Assembly: GCA_964016885.1 (NCBI GenBank)
Contig: OZ024747.1
Location: 61,938,001-62,002,000, forward strand
Length of the DNA stretch: 64,000 nucleotides
Direction: 5' to 3'
Source of the DNA: Eledone cirrhosa
Lineage: Eukaryota
The translations under genes were made by a program, and so were the position numbers. The notes beneath the pieces are model-generated. The model made no database searches. It was not told the origin of the DNA and worked only from the letters and a program-made list of their open reading frames with translations. Below, piece after piece: positions 1-13,961 of the stretch; position 1 is the stretch's first letter, and each line of letters opens with the position of its first letter.

Positions 1-3000
1 TAGCTGTGTTGGTACAGAGGGTAGCTGTGTTGGTATAGAGGGTAGCTGTGCTGGTATAGAGGGTAGCTGTGTTGGTACAGAGGGTAGCTGTGTTGGTATA
101 GAGGGTAGCTGTGTTGGTACAGAGGGTAGCTGTGTTGGTACAGAGGGTAGCTGTGTTGGTATAGAGGGTAGCTGTGTTGGTACAGAGGGTAGCTGTGTTG
201 GTATAGAGGGTAGCTGTGTTGGTATAGAGGGTAGCTGTGTTGGTATAGAGGGTAGCTGTGTTGGTATAGAGGGTAGCTGTGTTGGTATAGAGGGTAGCTG
301 TGTTGGTATAGAGGGTAGCTGTGTTGGTATAGAGGGTAGCTGTGTTGGTACAGAGGGTAGCTGTGTTGGTATAGAGGGTAGCTGTGTTGGTATAGAGGGT
401 AGCTGTGCTGGTATAGAGGGTAGCTGTGCTGGTATAGAGGGTAGCTGTGTTGGTATAGAGGGTAGCTGTGTTGGTATAGAGGGTAGCTGTGTTGGTATAG
501 AGGGTAGCTGTGTTGGTATAGAGGGTAGCTGTGTTGGTATAGAGGGTAGCTGTGCTGGTACAGAGGGTAGCTGTGTTGGTATAGAGGGTAGCTGTGTTGG
601 TATAGAGGGTAGCTGTGTTGGTATAGAGGGTAGCTGTGTTGGTATAGAGGGTAGCTGTGCTGGTATAGAGGGTAGCTGTGTTGGTATAGAGGGTAGCTGT
701 GTTGGTATAGAGGGTAGCTGTGTTGGTATAGAGGGTAGCTGTGTTGGTATAGAGGGTAGCTGTGTTGGTATAGAGGGTAGCTGTGTTGGTATAGAGGGTA
801 GCTGTGCTGGTACAGAGGGTAGCTGTGTTGGTATAGAGGGTAGCTGTGTTGGTATAGAGGGTAGCTGTGCTGGTATAGAGGGTAGCTGTGCTGGTATAGA
901 GGGTAGCTGTGCTGGTATAGAGGGTAGCTGTGTTGGTATAGAGGGTAGCTGTGCTGGTACAGAGGGTAGCTGTGTTGGTATAGAGGGTAGCTGTGTTGGT
1001 ATAGAGGGTAGCTGTGTTGGTATAGAGGGTAGCTGTGCTGGTACAGAGGGTAGCTGTGTTGGTATAGAGGGTAGCTGTGTTGGTATAGAGGGTAGCTGTG
1101 TTGGTATAGAGGGTAGCTGTGTTGGTATAGAGGGTAGCTGTGTTGGTATAGAGGGTAGCTGTGTTGGTATAGAGGGTAGCTGTGTTGGTATAGAGGGTAG
1201 CTGTGTTGGTATATAGGGTAGCTGTGTTGGTATAGAGGGTAGCTGTGTTGGTATAGAGGGTAGCTGTGCTGGTATAGAGGGTAGCTGTGTTGGTATAGAG
1301 GGTAGCTGTGTTGGTATAGAGGGTAGCTGTGTTGGTATAGAGGGTAGCTGTGTTGGTATAGAGGGTAGCTGTGTTGGTATAGAGGGTAGCTGTGCTGGTA
1401 TAGAGGGTAGCTGTGTTGGTATAGAGGGTAGCTGTGCTGGTATAGAGGGTAGCTGTGTTGGTATAGAGGGTAGCTGTGTTGGTATAGAGGGTAGCTGTGT
1501 TGGTATAGAGGGTAGCTGTGTTGGTATAGAGGGTAGCTGTGCTGGTATAGAGGGTAGCTGTGTTGGTATAGAGGGTAGCTGTGTTGGTATAGAGGGTAGC
1601 TGTGTTGGTATAGAGGGTAGCTGTGTTGGTATAGAGGGTAGCTGTGTTGGTATAGAGGGTAGCTGTGCTGGTATAGAGGGTAGCTGTGTTGGTATAGAGG
1701 GTAGCTGTGCTGGTATAGAGGGTAGCTGTGTTGGTATAGAGGGTAGCTGTGTTGGTATAGAGGGTAGCTGTGTTGGTATAGAGGGTAGCTGTGTTGGTAT
1801 AGAGGGTAGCTGTGTTGGTATAGAGGGTAGCTGTGCTGGTATAGAGGGTAGCTGTGTTGGTATAGAGGGTAGCTGTGTTGGTATAGAGGGTAGCTGTGTT
1901 GGTATAGAGGGTAGCTGTGTTGGTATAGAGGGTAGCTGTGTTGGTATAGAGGGTAGCTGTGCTGGTATAGAGGGTAGCTGTGCTGGTATAGAGGGTAGCT
2001 GTGCTGGTATAGAGGGTAGCTGTGCTGGTATAGAGGGTAGCTGTGTTGGTATAGAGGGTAGCTGTGTTGGTATAGAGGGTAGCTGTGTTGGTATAGAGGG
2101 TAGCTGTGCTGGTATAGAGGGTAGCTGTGCTGGTACAGAGGGTAGCTGTGCTGGTACAGAGGGTAGCTGTGCTGGTATAGAGGGTAGCTGTGCTGGTATA
2201 GAGGGTAGCTGTGTTGGTACAGAGGGTAGCTGTGTTGGTATAGAGGGTAGCTGTGTTGGTACAGAGGGTAGCTGTGTTGGTATAGAGGGTAGCTGTGTTG
2301 GTATAGAGGGTAGCTGTGCTGGTATAGAGGGTAGCTGTGCTGGTATAGAGGGTAGCTGTGTTGGTATAGAGGGTAGCTGTGTTGGTATAGAGGGTAGCTG
2401 TGTTGGTATAGAGGGTAGCTGTGTTGGTATAGAGGGTAGCTGTGTTGGTACAGAGGGTAGCTGTGCTGGTATAGAGGGTAGCTGTGTTGGTATAGAGGGT
2501 AGCTGTGTTGGTATAGAGGGTAGCTGTGTTGGTATAGAGGGTAGCTGTGTTGGTATAGAGGGTAGCTGTGCTGGTATAGAGGGTAGCTGTGTTGGTATAG
2601 AGGGTAGCTGTGTTGGTATAGAGGGTAGCTGTGCTGGTATAGAGGGTAGCTGTGCTGGTATAGAGGGTAGCTGTGTTGGTATAGAGGGTAGCTGTGCTGG
2701 TATAGAGGGTAGCTGTGTTGGTATAGAGGGTAGCTGTGTTGGTATAGAGGGTAGCTGTGTTGGTATAGAGGGTAGCTGTGCTGGTATAGAGGGTAGCTGT
2801 GTTGGTATAGAGGGTAGCTGTGTTGGTATAGAGGGTAGCTGTGTTGGTATAGAGGGTAGCTGTGTTGGTATAGAGGGTAGCTGTGTTGGTATAGAGGGTA
2901 GCTGTGTTGGTATAGAGGGTAGCTGTGCTGGTATAGAGGGTAGCTGTGTTGGTATAGAGGGTAGCTGTGTTGGTATAGAGGGTAGCTGTGCTGGTATAGA

Positions 3001-6000
3001 GGGTAGCTGTGTTGGTATAGAGGGTAGCTGTGTTGGTATAGAGGGTAGCTGTGTTGGTATAGAGGGTAGCTGTGTTGGTATAGAGGGTAGCTGTGCTGGT
3101 ATAGAGGGTAGCTGTGTTGGTACAGAGGGTAGCTGTGTTGGTATAGAGGGTAGCTGTGTTGGTATAGAGGGTAGCTGTGTTGGTATAGAGGGTAGCTGTG
3201 CTGGTATAGAGGGTAGCTGTGCTGGTATAGAGGGTAGCTGTGCTGGTACAGAGGGTAGCTGTGTTGGTATAGAGGGTAGCTGTGTTGGTATAGAGGGTAG
3301 CTGTGTTGGTATAGAGGGTAGCTGTGTTGGTATAGAGGGTAGCTGTGCTGGTATAGAGGGTAGCTGTGTTGGTATAGAGGGTAGCTGTGTTGGTACAGAG
3401 GGTAGCTGTGTTGGTACAGAGGGTAGCTGTGTTGGTATAGAGGGTAGCTGTGCTGGTATAGAGGGTAGCTGTGTTGGTATAGAGGGTAGCTGTGTTGGTA
3501 TAGAGGGTAGCTGTGCTGGTATAGAGGGTAGCTGTGTTGGTACAGAGGGTAGCTGTGTTGGTATAGAGGGTAGCTGTGTTGGTATAGAGGGTAGCTGTGT
3601 TGGTATAGAGGGTAGCTGTGCTGGTATAGAGGGTAGCTGTGTTGGTATAGAGGGTAGCTGTGCTGGTACAGAGGGTAGCTGTGTTGGTATAGAGGGTAGC
3701 TGTGTTGGTATAGAGGGTAGCTGTGTTGGTATAGAGGGTAGCTGTGTTGGTATAGAGGGTAGCTGTGCTGGTATAGAGGGTAGCTGTGTTGGTATAGAGG
3801 GTAGCTGTGTTGGTATAGAGGGTAGCTGTGTTGGTACAGAGGGTAGCTGTGTTGGTATAGAGGGTAGCTGTGCTGGTATAGAGGGTAGCTGTGTTGGTAT
3901 AGAGGGTAGCTGTGTTGGTATAGAGGGTAGCTGTGCTGGTACAGAGGGTAGGTGTGTTGGTATAGAGGGTAGCTGTGTTGGTATAGAGGGTAGCTGTGCT
4001 GGTATAGAGGGTAGCTGTGCTGGTACAGAGGGTAGCTGTGTTGGTATAGAGGGTAGCTGTGTTGGTATAGAGGGTAGCTGTGCTGGTATAGAGGGTAGCT
4101 GTGTTGGTATAGAGGGTAGCTGTGTTGGTACAGAGGGTAGCTGTGTTGGTATAGAGGGTAGCTGTGCTGGTATAGAGGGTAGCTGTGTTGGTATAGAGGG
4201 TAGCTGTGCTGGTATAGAGGGTAGCTGTGTTGGTATAGAGGGTAGCTGTGTTGGTACAGAGGGTAGCTGTGTTGGTATAGAGGGTAGCTGTGCTGGTATA
4301 GAGGGTAGCTGTGTTGGTATAGAGGGTAGCTGTGCTGGTATAGAGGGTAGCTGTGTTGGTATAGAGGGTAGCTGTGTTGGTACAGAGGGTAGCTGTGTTG
4401 GTATAGAGGGTAGCTGTGCTGGTATAGAGGGTAGCTGTGTTGGTATAGAGGGTAGCTGTGCTGGTATAGAGGGTAGCTGTGTTGGTATAGAGGGTAGCTG
4501 TGTTGGTATAGAGGGTAGCTGTGTTGGTATAGAGGGTAGCTGTGTTGGTATAGAGGGTAGCTGTGTTGGTATAGAGGGTAGCTGTGTTGGTATAGAGGGT
4601 AGCTGTGTTGGTACAGAGGGTAGCTGTGTTGGTATAGAGGGTAGCTGTGCTGGTATAGAGGGTAGCTGTGTTGGTATAGAGGGTAGCTGTGCTGGTATAG
4701 AGGGTAGCTGTGTTGGTATAGAGGGTAGCTGTGTTGGTACAGAGGGTAGCTGTGTTGGTATAGAGGGTAGCTGTGCTGGTATAGAGGGTAGCTGTGTTGG
4801 TATAGAGGGTAGCTGTGCTGGTATAGAGGGTAGCTGTGTTGGTATAGAGGGTAGCTGTGTTGGTACAGAGGGTAGCTGTGTTGGTATAGAGGGTAGCTGT
4901 GCTGGTATAGAGGGTAGCTGTGTTGGTATAGAGGGTAGCTGTGCTGGTATAGAGGGTAGCTGTGTTGGTATAGAGGGTAGCTGTGTTGGTATAGAGGGTA
5001 GCTGTGTTGGTATAGAGGGTAGCTGTGTTGGTATAGAGGGTAGCTGTGTTGGTATAGAGGGTAGCTGTGTTGGTACAGAGGGTAGCTGTGTTGGTATAGA
5101 GGGTAGCTGTGCTGGTACAGAGGGTAGCTGTGCTGGTATAGAGGGTAGCTGTGTTGGTATAGAGGGTAGCTGTGTTGGTATAGAGGGTAGCTGTGTTGGT
5201 ATAGAGGGTAGCTGTGTTGGTACAGAGGGTAGCTGTGTTGGTATAGAGGGTAGCTGTGCTGGTATAGAGGGTAGCTGTGTTGGTATAGAGGGTAGCTGTG
5301 CTGGTATAGAGGGTAGCTGTGCTGGTATAGAGGGTAGCTGTGCTGGTATAGAGGGTAGCTGTGCTGGTATAGAGGGTAGCTGTGCTGGTATAGAGGGTAG
5401 CTGTGCTGGTATAGAGGGTAGCTGTGTTGGTATAGAGGGTAGCTGTGTTGGTATAGAGGGTAGCTGTGTTGGTATAGAGGGTAGCTGTGTTGGTATAGAG
5501 GGTAGCTGTGCTGGTATAGAGGGTAGCTGTGTTGGTATAGAGGGTAGCTGTGCTGGTATAGAGGGTAGCTGTGCTGGTATAGAGGGTAGCTGTGCTGGTA
5601 TAGAGGGTAGCTGTGTTGGTATAGAGGGTAGCTGTGTTGGTATAGAGGGTAGCTGTGTTGGTATAGAGGGTAGCTGTGTTGGTATAGAGGGTAGCTGTGC
5701 TGGTATAGAGGGTAGCTGTGTTGGTATAGAGGGTAGCTGTGCTGGTATAGAGGGTAGCTGTGCTGGTATAGAGGGTAGCTGTGCTGGTATAGAGGGTAGC
5801 TGTGCTGGTATAGAGGGTAGCTGTGTTGGTATAGAGGGTAGCTGTGTTGGTATAGAGGGTAGCTGTGTTGGTATAGAGGGTAGCTGTGTTGGTATAGAGG
5901 GTAGCTGTGCTGGTATAGAGGGTAGCTGTGTTGGTATAGAGGGTAGCTGTGTTGGTATAGAGGGTAGCTGTGCTGGTATAGAGGGTAGCTGTGTTGGTAT

Positions 6001-9000
6001 AGAGGGTAGCTGTGCTGGTATAGAGGGTAGCTGTGCTGGTATAGAGGGTAGCTGTGTTGGTATAGAGGGTAGCTGTGTTGGTATAGAGGGTAGCTGTGTT
6101 GGTATAGAGGGTAGCTGTGTTGGTACAGAGGGTAGCTGTGTTGGTATAGAGGGTAGCTGTGTTGGTATAGAGGGTAGCTGTGTTGGTATAGAGGGTAGCT
6201 GTGTTGGTATAGAGGGTAGCTGTGTTGGTATAGAGGGTAGCTGTGTTGGTATAGAGGGTAGCTGTGTTGGTATAGAGGGTAGCTGTGTTGGTATAGAGGG
6301 TAGCTGTGCTGGTATAGAGGGTAGCTGTGTTGGTATAGAGGGTAGCTGTGCTGGTATAGAGGGTAGCTGTGTTGGTATAGAGGGTAGCTGTGTTGGTATA
6401 GAGGGTAGCTGTGCTGGTATAGAGGGTAGCTGTGTTGGTATAGAGGGTAGCTGTGCTGGTATAGAGGGTAGCTGTGTTGGTATAGAGGGTAGCTGTGTTG
6501 GTATAGAGGGTAGCTGTGTTGGTATAGAGGGTAGCTGTGTTGGTATAGAGGGTAGCTGTGCTGGTATAGAGGGTAGCTGTGCTGGTATAGAGGGTAGCTG
6601 TGCTGGTATAGAGGGTAGCTGTGCTGGTATAGAGGGTAGCTGTGTTGGTACAGAGGGTAGCTGTGTTGGTACAGAGGGTAGCTGTGTTGGTATAGAGGGT
6701 AGCTGTGTTGGTATAGAGGGTAGCTGTGTTGGTATAGAGGGTAGCTGTGCTGGTATAGAGGGTAGCTGTGTTGGTACAGAGGGTAGCTGTGTTGGTACAG
6801 AGGGTAGCTGTGTTGGTATAGAGGGTAGCTGTGTTGGTATAGAGGGTAGCTGTGCTGGTATAGAGGGTAGCTGTGCTGGTATAGAGGGTAGCTGTGTTGG
6901 TATAGAGGGTAGCTGTGCTGGTATAGAGGGTAGCTGTGCTGGTATAGAGGGTAGCTGTGCTGGTATAGAGGGTAGCTGTGCTGGTATAGAGGGTAGCTGT
7001 GTTGGTATAGAGGGTAGCTGTGCTGGTATAGAGGGTAGCTGTGCTGGTATAGAGGGTAGCTGTGCTGGTATAGAGGGTAGCTGTGCTGGTATAGAGGGTA
7101 GCTGTGCTGGTATAGAGGGTAGCTGTGTTGGTATAGAGGGTAGCTGTGCTGGTATAGAGGGTAGCTGTGCTGGTATAGAGGGTAGCTGTGCTGGTATAGA
7201 GGGTAGCTGTGTTGGTATAGAGGGTAGCTGTGCTGGTATAGAGGGTAGCTGTATTGGTATAGAGGGTAGCTGTGTTGGTATAGAGGGTAGCTGTGTTGGT
7301 ATAGAGGGTAGCTGTGCTGGTATAGAGGGTAGCTGTGCTGGTATAGAGGGTAGCTGTGTTGGTATAGAGGGTAGCTGTGTTGGTATAGAGGGTAGCTGTG
7401 TTGGTATAGAGGGTAGCTGTGCTGGTATAGAGGGTAGCTGTGCTGGTATAGAGGGTAGCTGTGTTGGTATAGAGGGTAGCTGTGCTGGTATAGAGGGTAG
7501 CTGTGCTGGTATAGAGGGTAGCTGTGCTGGTATAGAGGGTAGCTGTGTTGGTATAGAGGGTAGCTGTGCTGGTATAGAGGGTAGCTGTATTGGTATAGAG
7601 GGTAGCTGTGCTGGTATAGAGGGTAGCTGTGCTGGTATAGAGGGTAGCTGTGCTGGTATAGAGGGTAGCTGTGTTGGTATAGAGGGTAGCTGAGTTGGTA
7701 TAGAGGGTAGCAGTGTTGGTATAGAGGGTAGCTGTGTTGGTATAGAGGGTAGCTGTGTTGGTACAGAGGGTAGCTGTGTTGGTATAGAGGGTAGCTGTGT
7801 TGGTACAGAGGGTAGCTGTGTTGGTACAGAGGGTAGCTGTGCTGGTATAGAGGGTAGCTGTGCTGGTATAGAGGGTAGCTGTGCTGGTATAGAGGGTAGC
7901 TGTGTTGGTATAGAGGGTAGCTGTGTTGGTATAGAGGGTAGCTGTGCTGGTATAGAGGGTAGCTGTGTTGGTACAGAGGGTAGCTGTGCTGGTATAGAGG
8001 GTAGCTGTGTTGGTATAGAGGGTAGCTGTGCTGGTATAGAGGGTAGCTGTGCTGGTATAGAGGGTAGCTGTGTTGGTATAGAGGGTAGCTGTGTTGGTAT
8101 AGAGGGTAGCAGTGTTGGTATAGAGGGTAGCTGTGTTGGTATAGAGGGTAGCTGTGTTGGTACAGAGGGTAGCTGTGTTGGTATAGAGGGTAGCTGTGTT
8201 GGTACAGAGGGTAGCTGTGTTGGTATAGAGGGTAGCTGTGTTGGTATAGAGGGTAGCTGTGTTGGTACAGAGGGTAGCTGTGTTGGTACAGAGGGTAGCT
8301 GTGTTGGTATAGAGGGTAGCTGTGCTGGTATAGAGGGTAGCTGTGTTGGTATAGAGGGTAGCTGTGTTGGTATAGAGGGTAGCTGTGCTGGTATAGAGGG
8401 TAGCTGTGTTGGTATAGAGGGTAGCTGTGCTGGTATAGAGGGTAGCTGTGTTGGTATAGAGGGTAGCTGTGTTGGTATAGAGGGTAGCTGTGTTGGTATA
8501 GAGGGTAGCTGTGTTGGTATAGAGGGTAGCTGTGTTGGTATAGAGGGTAGCAGTGTTGGTATAGAGGGTAGCAGTGTTGGTATAGAGGGTAGCTGTGTTG
8601 GTATAGACGGTAGCTGTGTTGGTATAGAGGGTAGCTGTGTTGGTATAGAGGGTAGCTGTGTTGGTATAGAGGGTAGCTGTGTTGGTATAGAGGGTAGCTG
8701 TGTTGGTATAGAGGGTAGCTGTGCTGGTATAGAGGGTAGCTGTGCTGGTATAGAGGGTAGCTGTGCTGGTATAGAGGGTAGCTGTGTTGGTATAGAGGGT
8801 AGCTGTGTTGGTATAGAGGGTAGCTGTGCTGGTATAGAGGGTAGCTGTATTGGTATAGAGGGTAGCTGTGTTGGTATAGAGGGTAGCTGTGTTGGTATAG
8901 AGGGTAGCAGTGTTGGTATAGAGGGTAGCTGTGTTGGTATAGACGGTAGCTGTGTTGGTATAGAGGGTAGCTGTGTTGGTACAGAGGGTAGCTGTGTTGG

Positions 9001-12000
9001 TACAGAGGGTAGCTGTGTTGGTACAGAGGGTAGCTGTGTTGGTATAGAGGGTAGCTGTGTTGGTATAGAGGGTAGCTGTGTTGGTATAGAGGGTAGCTGT
9101 GTTGGTATAGAGGGTAGCTGTGTTGGTACAGAGGGTAGCTGTGTTGGTATAGAGGGTAGCTGTGTTGGTACAGAGGGTAGCTGTGTTGGTATAGAGGGTA
9201 GCTGTGTTGGTACAGAGGGTAGCTGTGTTGGTATAGAGGGTAGCTGTGTTGGTATAGAGGGTAGCTGTGTTGGTATAGAGGGTAGCTGTGTTGGTATAGA
9301 GGGTAGCTGTGCTGGTATAGAGGGTAGCTGTGTTGGTATAGAGGGTAGCTGTGCTGGTACAGAGGGTAGCTGTGTTGGTATAGAGGGTAGCTGTGTTGGT
9401 ATAGAGGGTAGCTGTGCTGGTACAGAGGGTAGCTGTGTTGGTATAGAGGGTAGCTGTGTTGGTATAGAGGGTAGCTGTGCTGGTATAGAGGGTAGCTGTG
9501 TTGGTATAGAGGGTAGCTGTGTTGGTATAGAGGGTAGCTGTGTTGGTACAGAGGGTAGCTGTGCTGGTATAGAGGGTAGCTGTGTTGGTATAGAGGGTAG
9601 CTGTGTTGGTATAGAGGGTAGCTGTGCTGGTATAGAGGGTAGCTGTGCTGGTATAGAGGGTAGCTGTGTTGGTATAGAGGGTAGCTGTGTTGGTATAGAG
9701 GGTAGCTGTGTTGGTATAGAGGGTAGCTGTGTTGGTATAGAGGGTAGCTGTGTTGGTACAGAGGGTAGCTGTGTTGGTATAGAGGGTAGCTGTGTTGGTA
9801 CAGAGGGTAGCTGTGTTGGTACAGAGGGTAGCTGTGTTGGTACAGAGGGTAGCTGTGTTGGTATAGAGGGTAGCTGTGTTGGTATAGAGGGTAGCTGTGT
9901 TGGTATAGAGGGTAGCTGTGTTGGTATAGAGGGTAGCTGTGTTGGTACAGAGGGTAGCTGTGTTGGTATAGAGGGTAGCTGTGTTGGTACAGAGGGTAGC
10001 TGTGTTGGTATAGAGGGTAGCTGTGTTGGTACAGAGGGTAGCTGTGTTGGTATAGAGGGTAGCTGTGTTGGTATAGAGGGTAGCTGTGTTGGTATAGAGG
10101 GTAGCTGTGTTGGTATAGAGGGTAGCTGTGCTGGTATAGAGGGTAGCTGTGTTGGTATAGAGGGTAGCTGTGCTGGTACAGAGGGTAGCTGTGTTGGTAT
10201 AGAGGGTAGCTGTGTTGGTATAGAGGGTAGCTGTGCTGGTACAGAGGGTAGCTGTGTTGGTATAGAGGGTAGCTGTGTTGGTATAGAGGGTAGCTGTGCT
10301 GGTATAGAGGGTAGCTGTGTTGGTATAGAGGGTAGCTGTGTTGGTATAGAGGGTAGCTGTGTTGGTACAGAGGGTAGCTGTGCTGGTATAGAGGGTAGCT
10401 GTGTTGGTATAGAGGGTAGCTGTGTTGGTATAGAGGGTAGCTGTGCTGGTATAGAGGGTAGCTGTGCTGGTATAGAGGGTAGCTGTGTTGGTATAGAGGG
10501 TAGCTGTGTTGGTATAGAGGGTAGCTGTGTTGGTATAGAGGGTAGCTGTGTTGGTATAGAGGGTAGCTGTGTTGGTATAGAGGGTAGCTGTGTTGGTACA
10601 GAGGGTAGCTGTGTTGGTACAGAGGGTAGCTGTGTTGGTATAGAGGGTAGCTGTGTTGGTATAGAGGGTAGCTGTGTTGGTACAGAGGGTAGCTGTGTTG
10701 GTATAGAGGGTAGCTGTGTTGGTATAGAGGGTAGCTGTGTTGGTATAGAGGGTAGCTGTGTTGGTATAGAGGGTAGCTGTGTTGGTATAGAGGGTAGCTG
10801 TGTTGGTATAGAGGGTAGCTGTGTTGGTACAGAGGGTAGCTGTGTTGGTACAGAGGGTAGCTGTGTTGGTACAGAGGGTAGCTGTGTTGGTATAGAGGGT
10901 AGCTGTGTTGGTATAGAGGGTAGCTGTGTTGGTACAGAGGGTAGCTGTGTTGGTATAGAGGGTAGCTGTGTTGGTATAGAGGGTAGCTGTGTTGGTATAG
11001 AGGGTAGCTGTGTTGGTATAGAGGGTAGCTGTGTTGGTACAGAGGGTAGCTGTGTTGGTACAGAGGGTAGCTGTGTTGGTATAGAGGGTAGCTGTGTTGG
11101 TATAGAGGGTAGCTGTGTTGGTATAGAGGGTAGCTGTGTTGGTATAGAGGGTAGCTGTGTTGGTACAGAGGGTAGCTGTGTTGGTACAGAGGGTAGCTGT
11201 GTTGGTATAGAGGGTAGCTGTGTTGGTACAGAGGGTAGCTGTGTTGGTATAGAGGGTACCTGTGTTGGTACAGAGGGTAGCTGTGTTGGTACAGAGGGTA
11301 GCTGTGTTGGTATAGAGGGTAGCTGTGTTGGTACAGAGGGTAGCTGTGTTGGTACAGAGGGTAGCTGTGTTGGTACAGAGGGTAGCTGTGTTGGTACAGA
11401 GGGTAGCTGTGTTGGTATAGAGGGTAGCTGTGTTGGTATAGAGGGTAGCTGTGTTGGTATAGAGGGTAGCTGTGTTGGTATAGAGGGTAGCTGTGTTGGT
11501 ATAGAGGGTAGCTGTGTTGGTATAGAGGGTAGCTGAGTTGGTACAGAGGGTAGCTGTGTTGGTATAGAGGGTAGCTGTGCTGGTATAGAGGGTAGCTGTG
11601 TTGGTATAGAGGGTAGCTGTGCTGGTATAGAGGGTAGCTGTGTTGGTATAGAGGATTGCTGTGCTGGTATAGAGGGTAGCTGTGTTGGTACAGAGGGTAG
11701 CTGTGTTGGTATAGAGGGTAGCTGTGTTGGTATAGAGGGTAGCTGTGTTGGTATAGAGGGTAGCTGTGTTGGTATAGAGGGTAGCTGTGTTGGTATAGAG
11801 GGTAGCTGTGTTGGTATAGAGGGTAGCTGAGTTGGTATAGAGGGTAGCTGAGTTGGTATAGAGGGTAGCTGAGTTGGTATAGAGGGTAGCTGTGTTGGTA
11901 CAGAGGGTAGCAGTGTTGGTATAGAGGGTAGCTGTGTTGGTACAGAGGGTAGCTGTGTTGGTATAGAGGGTAGCTGTGTTGGTATAGAGGGTAGCTGTGT

Positions 12001-13284
12001 TGGTATAGAGGGTAGCTGTGTTGGTATAGAGGGTAGCTGTGTTGGTATAGAGGGTAGCTGTGTTGGTACAGAGGGTAGCTGAGTTGGTATAGAGGGTAGC
12101 TGTGTTGGTATAGAGGGTAGCTGTGTTGGTATAGAGGGTAGCTGTGTTGGTATAGAGGGTAGCTGTGTTGGTATAGAGGGTAGCTGTGTTGGTATAGAGG
12201 GTAGCTGTGTTGGTATAGAGGGTAGCTGTGTTGGTATAGAGGATTGCTGTGTTGGTATAGAGGGTAGCTGTGTTGGTATAGAGGGTAGCTGTGTTGGTAC
12301 AGAGGGTAGCTGAGTTGGTACAGAGGGTAGCTGTGTTGGTATAGAGGGTAGCTGTGTTGGTATAGAGGGTAGCTGTGTTGGTATAGAGGGTAGCTGTGCT
12401 GGTATAGAGGGTAGCTGAGTTGGTATAGAGGGTAGCTGTGTTGGTACAGAGGGTAGCTGTGTTGGTACAGAGGGTAGCTGTGTTGGTATAGAGGGTAGCT
12501 GTGTTGGTATAGAGGGTAGCTGTGTTGGTATAGAGGATTGCTGTGTTGGTATAGAGGGTAGCTGTGTTGGTACAGAGGGTAGCTGTGTTGGTACAGAGGG
12601 TAGCTGTGTTGGTATAGAGGGTAGCTGTGCTGGTATATAGGGTAGCTGTGTTGGTATAGAGGGTAGCTGTGTTGGTATAGAGGGTAGCTGAGTTGGTACA
12701 GAGGGTAGCTGTGTTGGTATAGAGGGTAGCTGTGTTGGTATAGAGGGTAGCTGTGTTGGTATAGAGGGTAGCTGTGTTGGTATAGAGGATTGCTGTGTTG
12801 GTATAGAGGGTAGCTGTGTTGGTATAGAGGGTAGCTGTGTTGGTACAGAGAGTAGCTGAGTTGGTACAGAGGGTAGCTGTGTTGGTATAGAGGGTAGCTG
12901 TGTTGGTATAGAGGGTAGCTGTGTTGGTATAGAGGGTAGCTGTGCTGGTATAGAGGGTAGCTGAGTTGGTATAGAGGGTAGCTGTGTTGGTACAGAGGGT
13001 AGCTGTGTTGGTACAGAGGGTAGCTGTGTTGGTATAGAGGGTAGCTGTGTTGGTATAGAGGGTAGCTGAGTTGGTATAGAGGGTAGCTGTGTTTGTATAG
13101 ACGGTAGCTGTGTTTGTATAGACGGTAGCTGTGTCGGTATAGAGGGTAGCTGTGCTGGTATAGAGGGTAGCTGTGCTGGTATAGAGGGTAGCTGTGTTGG
13201 TATAGAGGGTAGCTGTGTTGGTATAGAGGATAGCTGTGTTGGTATAGAGGGTAGCTGTGTTGGTATAGAGGATAGCTGTGTTGG
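1..13284. repeat. 21-bp minisatellite GGGTAGCTGTG(T/C)TGGTA(T/C)AGA, ~632 units, runs off the window start
   Basis: Period of 21 is held in register from base 1 to at least 13021 (620 x 21). Two common T/C variant sites; rarer variants accumulate toward the right edge. Confidence 0.99.
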
Positions 13285-13961
13285 TTTGCATATCAAAGTT
13301 ACCTTGGTGCAAGTAATTGGAATTGAAAAGTTATACATACAGGTATTAAATTAAAACATTCTAACCATCCTAAGACTAAAAACGCCGAGCTGAGGGTACA
13401 AATAAATTGCTACAGCCATCGCTGGTGGGAGAACAGGGCAATAGCCTCTTTGCAACCCATTAAATCTGGTCCTACAAGTAATATCCATGTTTTAACTACC
13501 ATACAATATCACACTTCATATAGTGGTATTATTATACAATCTGTCCTTTACTTAAACATCTGAGTTTCTTGTTTATGCATTCTAATACTATACATTCACA
13601 GAATTAAGCTTACCTCATTGTTTTCCTTCTCCCTAGACTTTCTTCATTCTCTACTCTCAGGTCCCAAATAATATGGAGGTTTGGAATAAACAGCGGGCGT
13701 GTGGGGGATAAACGGGGCATTGGGGAAATTGATAATTGTATAGTGTACATTTGTAAATATGGGATTTTATTTTTCGTCATATATAATGTCTTTTAAATGT
13801 AAAATAAAATTATTAGATTCTCCAGCTGCTGTATCAATATGAATCACTTACAATAAAATTTTGCCGGAGATAAATTAGCAAAATCTGGGGAGTTATTCAA
13901 GACCTGAGAGTACATGTAATATCCATGTTTTAAAACCATACAATATCACTTTATACAGTAT

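Noticed and set aside
1-13284. Telomeric repeat or strong G-quadruplex array
   Set aside because: No TTAGGG units, and only one GGG run per 21 bp, so loops are too long for a canonical three-tier G4.
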